Below are positions 55,320-64,000 of a DNA stretch of 64,000 nt, in pieces. Under the pieces are notes generated by a model. That model made no database searches. It had not been told where the DNA came from and saw only the letters and a list, made by a program, of their open reading frames with translations. This DNA is from the human T2T-CHM13v2.0 reference genome, Homo sapiens. The translations under genes and the position numbers were made by a program. Location: NCBI RefSeq assembly GCF_009914755.1, contig NC_060932.1; one strand, 5' to 3'. How positions within the stretch are numbered: the stretch's first letter is position 1; each line of letters opens with the position of its first letter.

Positions 55320-56130
55320 GGTGGCTTTTAAAATTGACCACACTGAAAAACATGCAGGTTCAAACAATGCAAAAGGGTATACAGTGTACAATAAATCTGC
55401 CCCAGAAGCAGCCGGTGTCAAGTTTTCAAGATTTTCCATGCATATAAAAGCTTATCTATTACATAAAAAGAACATCATAGTACGTGAGCTGTAGGATACC
55501 TTGCTTTTTTCACTTAATGATATTAAGTGATATTAAGTTTGGAATGATTTTCTATCTGTGATTATAGATTTACTTTATTTCTTTCAGTGGCTTCAGTTTC
55601 TGTTTTATGATATACCATTATTGAAGCAATCTCCTGTTGATGAGTGTGCTATAAACAAGGTTGCAACATCTTTGTTCTTGGGTCTTTGTGCGTGTTTTTA
55701 TCTGTAAAATTGCTAAGAGTGGAATTTCTAGGTTAAAGCTTTTTGCGTTTAAAAATGTGTAGATACTGCAAATCAATTGCCCTCCAAAAAGGACCACACC
55801 AATTTATACGCTTATAAACAAAGCCTGTGAGTGTTTCTTACCTGACACCCTCAGTCCCACTGGATACTTTAAAACTCTTTCATCCTTACCAATCTAATCA
55901 GTGAAAAATGGAACTGCAGGTTATTGGTTTTCCCTTGCTCATTTAAAAAATGTTGGTGTGAATGATTTGGGGACCCTTGGTCTATCAAAGAAATTACCTT
56001 TTTGTCGTATGTATTCTATGTGTATTCCCTAGTTTGTCTTTTAACTTTAATTTCTGCTTGTAAAGATATTTCTGTACAGTGTTTTACATTTCAATGTAAT
56101 TAAGTGGATCAGTTTTTTTATTTATGATTT
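55320..56130 (-). mobile_element. Highly degraded ancient L1 (L1ME-like) fragment
   Basis: Motifs ctcctgttgatg, gagtggaatttctaggtt, gatactgcaaat and ccaatttatac. Confidence 0.5.
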
Positions 56131-56977
56131 CTGGAGCTCAATAAATATTAAGTGAATCCAAGTACCAGTACTGCTGTTACCGTTAAATTCTGCTCAACAG
56201 ATATTTGCCAGGCGTCGATAATGAGCAAAATGCTAGGCTAACGTTGTGGAGGAGCATGGATGAATAACACTGTCCTGGCCCTCAAAGAATTCCACTCTGC
56301 TGTAAGGGAAAATGAAACGATCACCATAATAGGAATAAGAGCAAACTTCTAAGAGGGGAGCCTCAATAAATACAAAGGGGCAATAAACACATAGCATGTT
56401 AGAGGAGAAGTTCTCACGGGAGCCAGGGTGTGTGAAGGGAGGTAGCAAGAGAAAAAGTCTAGAAAGGTAAAATGGGTGTAGATTATGAAGGGTCTTGAAT
56501 GCCATGCTTGGTATTTTAGACCTTATTCTGTATGCAAGAGAAAGCTATGAAGGATTTTGAGATGGAGAGGATCAAATCTAGTTTGTGTTTAGAAAAATCT
56601 AGAGGCATTGAGGCAGACAGGTTATTGCAGTGATTCTGAATCACACTGCAGCTGTCTTAACTTTTCTCCCATCGAATCTTACCCCCGACCTCCCACCGCC
56701 ATTCCTTCTGTATACTATGGCCAGGCAAATCTTTCTAAAACACAAATGAAATAATTCCTCTGCTTGGGAAAAAATTCCCAAGACCTGCTCACCACCTCAG
56801 GCGCACGTTCACATTTCTTCCCTTGGTTTACAAAATCCTCTGAGAGCTGGCACGTTTATAAAGGGAGCAGCTTGAGGAAGTTAGAAAGGGATTTGGTTTT
56901 GGACACATAAGACCCAACCCATGTCCTTAATGACCTTAGGTTTTAGTTAGATAGACAGACATAAAAATATCTAAGTG

Positions 56978-57196
56978 CAGGCTGAGCATCCCTTATCTGA
57001 AATACTTAGGACCGGAAAAGTTTTTTATTTTGATTTTTTAAAAAATTTTGGAATACTTGCATTATACTTATCAGTTGAGCATCCCAAATCTGAAAATCTG
57101 AAGTTGGTGTGCTCTAGTAAGCGTTTTCTATGAGCGTCAAATTTGGGATTTCAGCACTTTAGATTTCAGATTTTCAAATTTGGGATGCTCAACCTG
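56978..57196 (+). mobile_element. Tigger4/MER46-like DNA transposon fossil
   Basis: Terminal inverted repeats caggctgagcatccc / gggatgctcaacctg; ~220 bp. Confidence 0.8.
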
Positions 57197-58299
57197 TGCA
57201 TTCCTTCCATGCACACTCACCATTCCCGATGTATCCTATTTTCTGAACTTGAACGGCCATCTCTTGACTGCTCCAGTTAAAATTTCACCTGTCTGTTAAG
57301 GCTTAGCTCATACGAAATCTCTCTAAGGCCTTCCTCATATGCCTGGTCAGAATTCTTCTCCCCTCCTAATTCCCCCTCATCTCTACTGTAATATTCACTT
57401 TGTGTACTCTGGGTAGCTGGGTACATTACTGAACATGGTAAAATCAGGCAAATCAAGTCGCCTAAATGCACTCTAATTATTTCACCTTCAGTTTTTATTT
57501 TGCAGAGGAAAAATAAAAGAATAAAATGTAGTTTAAGCATCAGTTGCTTTATTCCAAAAAGGAGACTAGAAGAGGCAGATTTGTTCTGCTTTTCAGTTAT
57601 AAACACAAGAACAATTTTCACTCATAATCTTCCATGTTATGAGTGGTGTCTGTCATTGCTTGTGTCCGTCAGGACATGACAGCCCTGCAAGTGTCAAGTG
57701 TGGTGTTGGTGAGGTCTTAAGCCAGGCCTCCTGCCCCGTTCAGAGCCCGCGGTTTCTCTCAGGGCTGCTGGGCTTTTCCTCTGACAACTGGATGGTGCTA
57801 TTATGCAACGAAATGCAAAGTCTGTTTCAGAACACATGCGTTTTTTCCAGGAAAACTCTTAAATGACATTTAAAAAACTGTTCACCTACAAAAACTTTAG
57901 GTGACTGTACACTCTATTTTCTGCTTCTTTTGTCATTGATTAGTGACCACAAATGAATAGGCTTGAGATAGACTCAGATTCCTCCCACGAGTCCTGGTAA
58001 GAAACTAAAGGAAACTAAAGGAAAATCAGGTTCATTGCAAAGCCTCGTACTTCAGTATTGGTGGGCTGAAGGAAACAGGGCCAGTTATAAGGAAGTTTAA
58101 GCAGGAAGAGAGGAAGTGATAGAGACTGATGAGGCCGTAGCAAGAAGAAGAGAATGGTTCACTGAGTGCAGGATGGGGGCTGTGGATTGCAGTAGGTCCT
58201 GAGGATAAAAGATCATCTACCATAAACATGAAGATCCTCATGCCAGAATCTCAACCACAAATCCTGCTGCACACACAGAAGTAAAACACAGCAGGGTGT

Positions 58300-58495
58300 G
58301 GAAAGAATGTTGCATTCAGAGTCCAAATATCTGGGTGTGAGTTCTGGCCTTGCCTCTTATCACCTGGATGGTCTTGAGTAGATTGCTTCATCTGCAGCAC
58401 CTTTCCTTCTGTGAAATATATATTTAAAAAATCTATAGGTCGTTGTGAAACCCAAAGAAGGTTCTCATGTGTTGTGCAAGTAGACATTATTAATA
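58300..58495 (+). mobile_element. MIR fragment
   Basis: ctgggtgtgagttctggc...cttgagtagattgcttcatct...ttccttctgtgaaat. Confidence 0.55.
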
Positions 58496-61316
58496 TTTGA
58501 AATGCATCTACATAGATACTCGATGTATTTGTAATAAGTAAAAGCCTCAGCTAATTGTTGATTGACTCTGGTAAAGCCGTAATATCAAGTACTACTTCTT
58601 ACTTACTTTACTCTTCTTACTCAGCCACCTCTTAAACCTCTCTCCCACCCACCCCTCAAAAATCCAAAATGACAATTTAAAAAACTTCTCCACCTCTCCT
58701 ATGAAAAGTTACAAGAAGCCAAATTGTTTGTTCTTTTATTTCACTCCTTTACTTTTAGTTTTATTATATGACTTGGTCCAGAATGTTCTCTCTCGATAAT
58801 TTTCTTCTCCTTCACATCCTACCATGATCATAGTTCCTTAATATATACCTGGAATCTCCAATAAGCAAGGAGTACAAAAACATTTTACTGGGGGGAGGTG
58901 GGGAGATTGTAAAAGGAATTGGACCTATATACCAAATCATTGAGAAGAAACTTAATATCATCCATCAACATTTAGAGCACGACATATATAGGTAAAGCTG
59001 TCAGCTAGATTGTCCCACTAACCATAACCAGAAGTCCTCTCCTTTCTCTTCCTTCCAAAGCTGTGTTTCATTTCCTTCAAGAACTGCTCTAGTCTCTTCT
59101 CACTGCCACTGAAATCTGTGTGCTAATTCTGCCTCTCCTAGTCCTGTTCCTCAAGCACCTCTTCAACCTCACTGCAGCTTCCTCGCTTTCCACCTTCCCT
59201 GTGCTGTAGAGCTGAGTACAGCTCTAGGTGGCTCTGTACATGATTATATGTTGGTGTCTATCATTTTATCCCACATTGTACACATAGGTTTTATCTGTCA
59301 CGTCCTGCATGAAAATGCAGAAGCAGAGACCACTGGGGTACTTCATATTTGCACAGCCCTTTGCAGTTTATAAGATATTGTCAGAAACATGATCACCTTT
59401 AAGATGGAATACAACCCAATGAAGTCAGTATTTGTCCTACTTTGTAGGTGCAAGATGGAAACTCACAAAGTTTAAGTGACCTGCCTACTGAACAGGGTTC
59501 TATGTTGCCCCCACTCCCCAGTTTCTCCTGTGGTGAACTCCACCTGCTCAGTGTCCTTCATTTCCTTTACAGCTCTTGACTGTGACTATTATTCAAATTA
59601 CTATTCATTTCACCATTTCATACTTACTGAGTGATACACACACACAAAAAATGCTTCTGTAGAACATGTAAAAGTGAATGAGGATGTTTATACTGTAGGA
59701 GAAAATTACAAATTAACAAATACCATTGATTGGATAACTGATTATCTACTAAACCTTCTTATGAACTCTAAGAAATCTTTCAAAATGTTGGATTCTGTAT
59801 ACCCTGACAACCTCATCACATCCTCATCCCATCCACTGTTATCCTCTGATAACAGTGAGAGATGACATTGGTGAGAGATGATAACATGCCCTTTGTCATA
59901 AAGTCAAAAGGAAGAATAAGGCAAAAAGACTTGATCATCTGCAAAGTAGACTTCTCCCCCGCTGGATAAGTAGGCTGGTTTTGTCATTTTCTTGTGCTGG
60001 TGTTTCCTGACACATATGTGGACTCCTTAAAGACTTGGGAGTTGTGGACTGGCATGGGGTGTTTTGAATTTATGGTACACACCCTGGGCAACCAGAGTGT
60101 CATCTCCCTGTTTCTTTCACTTCATATATACATATATGTCATCTTGTAGAACAGAATTCCAAACCCTTGACAGCTTCTGTATATAATTCCTACTTTTGAA
60201 GAATGTCTTTCATAACTTTAATAGATTGCATTTGTCTCCCTCTCTGGAAAACAAAACCAAAGGACCACCACTGCAACATAAAACCCAGACTGGTGAATAC
60301 TCCTGCAATCCTGCTAAGCTGAGGCTGTACATCTCCAGCCTTCTCAGCGTTATGACTTCCCATGCCTAGTACAAGGGTGTTAGACTAGTGTTTGGGTCAG
60401 TTTCCTATGTTTCCTTTTTAAATCTCATTACTTATTTGCTTATTTATTTTTAATTGTTGTATGGGGATGGAAGAGAAGATATGAAAAGCTGAGGAAAGAG
60501 GGTATACAATGGGAGGTGTGTCACTGGTGATTAGAGGCATGGTCTCTTCACTGGCTGGATTTATAATTCTCCTTACTTATTTTTAACTGGGAGCTTTGGA
60601 TACATTCTTAGATTTAAAAGTCTCAAGTTCTGTAACTGTAAAATGCCAGCCTCAAAGAGTGACCTGTGGATATTGAGTAAGACAATGTCTGTAAAAAACT
60701 TAGCACCGTGACTGGTTCATAGGAAGCACCAATAAATATTGGCTACTTTTATTATTCTCTATTGCTACCTTTTGAAGAGAAAGGAAAATAAAAAGACACT
60801 TATGAAATCTCTGTTGAAACAATGGGGTTATATTTTGGTTTTTATCTGCTGAAATAATAGATCAATATTCCCTAACCGCCATGCTGTTGAGCTCCTGATG
60901 TTCTCAAAATTGCATCCTAGTCTTGAGTAAGAATTCGTTATTGCTGAATGATTACAAAACTAATTATAGTTATTTTAGTATCTGGATATCTCTAAGGGAG
61001 AGGGCAAGCTCGATAAAATTGCATGGTGTTGCAAGTCATTAATCTTCAAGAAGACAGTAACATATTTCCAAAGATAGCCAGAGCATATTATAGCAATTAA
61101 TTGGAATAGAGACCTTCCTTCTAAACTATAAAATAAATGATGGGATGGGTTTTCTTAGAAGGGGTGAGCAACCAAAAGAGGGACTGCATTGCATAATGAA
61201 ACATTGGGCACTCTGAAGAATATAGGCTAGGGTGGGACAAGGAAAGGATAAGTTTAGATTAAATAAAAGTTCTGGGCAATGTGGAATGTGGGAAGAAGGT
61301 AACAAAAGAGAGAAGA

Positions 61317-61649
<333 letters not shown>

Positions 61650-61769
61650 TTAATTTGAAATTTTGCCAAGGCTTTGCACCTAGAAATGAGGAAAGCAAGC
61701 AAGGAAAAGATTTAGAGATGAGCAGGGTACACATAATGACTGGAGTATTAGAGACATAGCTATCTTTCA

Positions 61770-61990
61770 GCATTCGTTCATTTGTACAATAAATATTGAG
61801 TACTTGCCATGTGTCACACTGTCCTTGGAACTGGAGGTTCATGACTGAACAAAATAGGCAAGATCCCTACCCTCATGGAACCTATATGATAGTGGAGAGA
61901 GATGGACAATTTGCAATAAGCGCAATAAATGAACTAGATACAATATCAGGAAGTTATAAATGCTGTGAACGAAAGGTTCTATAAGGCAAG
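61770..61990 (-). mobile_element. L2 3' fragment
   Basis: cattcgttcattt...aaatattgagtactt...ccctaccctcatggaacct is the typical antisense L2 3' end. Confidence 0.65.
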
Positions 61991-64000
61991 ATAAGAGGGG
62001 CTGGAGGTGTGTGCCTAGAGCGTTAGGGGTGGGGAATAAAGGGATGCTGGGGAGGAGGGAGTGTGACTGTACTGAACATGACAAGGGGCAGGGGCAGCAA
62101 AGCTTGTTCCTTCCTGGCTACCACCCAAATGGGTGACTTAGCTTCTTGCTATCCTATCTGACTGTTTATCTGTTGAACCTCTCCTGGGTTTTAGAATGTG
62201 CAAATAAAAGAGGTCATATGAGTGTCCCTATGAGAGCAGGAGTGGGCATTTAAGGAACTTGGAAATAATGTTTATTGAGGTAATGAAAATGCAGCCGTGA
62301 ATAGTAGTGTCAAAGCTTTCTAGGGTTCAGGCAGAAAAGGACTCTAGGGATGCCAGGACAAAGACAGTGCAATGAACTTTGAATCCACAGACAGCAGGGA
62401 GTGAGTTTGTGTATTGTCGTACAAAAAATAAATGAAGGCTGTTCATGAAGTTCAAAAATACTTTCAATTTTGAATGTATAGAATGCCAAACATCTTTGGC
62501 AGACAGCTCCTTCTCTGCTATGCTGTCTGTTGCATCCTTGCAAGGTTAAAAAAAAATATGCCAAACATCTTTGAAGAAAAATCCCTTAGCAGAGGGGATT
62601 CTAAGGTCCTAGGTGGAAAATTCAGTTAGTCCTTTGCTATTATAATGCCAAGCTCCTAGATGATTGCGTCAATTTCTTACTTCTCCAGGACATTGCACTG
62701 TGTACTCAGGGTCAAGCCTGGAGCTGGGATCAGGGGGCTGGTATAAGATACCTGTGTGAGATTGGAGCAGTGCAATCTTAGGTAGAAGGAAGAAACATTT
62801 TCCCCTCTTTTAGAAAACCTTCCGTTTGTTGTCCTGGCTGCCGGAGGCCATGCTATCCTAACCACATTGTTTAGTGGTGGACCTTTATTTCTGACAGAGG
62901 CAAGCACAGTGAGTCCATGTTTCAAAATGTGGAGGGCCCCTCTAAGCCACAGGGAGAATTTGCCAACCTCTACTCTGTTATAAATTGATGCCACAGTGGG
63001 AGTACTGTTTTCCAATTCCCACCTCTTGACTAGAGAACCAATTTAGGAGAAATAGAGGAGCAAGGGCCTTTGTGCCAAGTTCTCAGACCTTCCCAGGGCT
63101 ACCCCCAGGGTGAGCTCAGCCTTTCGTCTAAACACCACACAGATTGGAAGACATGATATGGGGTGAGCGTTTGCTGAACCACCTATCTAGTTAAACAGGG
63201 TTTTTAGCCTCTGATGTTCCAAGTTGGGGCTTGAATGCTTCCAAAATAATAAAACAATATATCACTTCTCAGGATATGCTGGGGGCAGTGATGTCTGAGT
63301 GAATGGAATGAATGAGACAAAATCACCTCCACACTACAGAACACTGGAGTTCACTCTGGGTAGCGCAGCCACACAAGACGCTGCTTACATCAAAATATTT
63401 CACAATATTCCACCCAAATTAAAACAATGGAGACAACTAGACAGTGATATAGCAACTATACATCAACAAAGGACGAGAAAGTTTCTTAACACTGACAGGC
63501 AAATACAGAATAAATAAGTGAAAAATAGGCACTTGAATGTTTTTGCAATTTTTTTTTCAAGCTTAGGGGATTCTTTTGCAGCAGATTTTCTGGGCACCAG
63601 AAAGGGATTACAGGAGATGTAAGAAACAAGTGAAAGACAGAAAGAAGCAGACAGAGCTGGAGGCATAGAAAGCATATTTAATTTTAATTCGAATCTAAAC
63701 ATTTTTATGGAGACTTCAGGGTTTCTGGCTTGGCTGAGTAAGTCGGCTACGAGTTGCAATTGTTTCATATTGTAGAAAGAAGGAAGCGTTTCATGGAATT
63801 GGATTTTCCCCTTTGTTTTTCCTTGCTTCATTGCAAAACGTTAAAATGAAAAAGTTTACTCTGTGGTTTATTCTAAACAAATTCAATTCAGCATCCAGGT
63901 ATTACTGCTCTACCAGCCAACTGAAGTACTTATTTCGAAAAGTGTATTTCTGACTTTAAACACTTAAATCCATTGTGGTTTATCATCATGTCAATGTATA

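Noticed and set aside
55517-59882. Small local duplications (tgatattaag x2 near 55517, gaaactaaag x2 near 58001, gtgagagatga x2 near 59854)
   Set aside because: Ordinary slippage-scale duplications with no further structure.

Overview
Primate (very likely human, chr8q12) genomic DNA holding the head-to-head PLAG1 / CHCHD7 gene pair. PLAG1, a C2H2 zinc-finger proto-oncogene, lies on the - strand: non-coding exon 1 (~44110-44262), non-coding exons 2 (12385-12489) and 3 (4066-4164), exon 4 (1003-1361, ATG at 1244) and the start of exon 5 (478 down to the window edge). CHCHD7, an 85-aa twin-CX9C mitochondrial protein, lies on the + strand (exon 1 ending 44826; CDS 47603-47656, 49422-49520, 50320-50424). 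The genes share a ~0.5 kb CpG-island bidirectional promoter with a (CCG)9 tract and a G-quadruplex motif. The rest is intronic or intergenic DNA with Alu, L1, L2/MIR and DNA-transposon fossils; almost all other ORFs in the track are noise. I found no well-supported wholly new system. The best leads are a seven-uATG, splice-dependent uORF cascade in the PLAG1 leader, a dual-frame alternative exon and an NMD-escaping frameshifted acceptor in CHCHD7, inverted Alus placed so that they could flip the shared promoter, a clear twin-primed L1 inversion, and a 59-bp A-tailed insert flanked by a 16-bp direct repeat at 62483-62573. Repeat subfamily names and transcription starts come from recognition, not from a database search.
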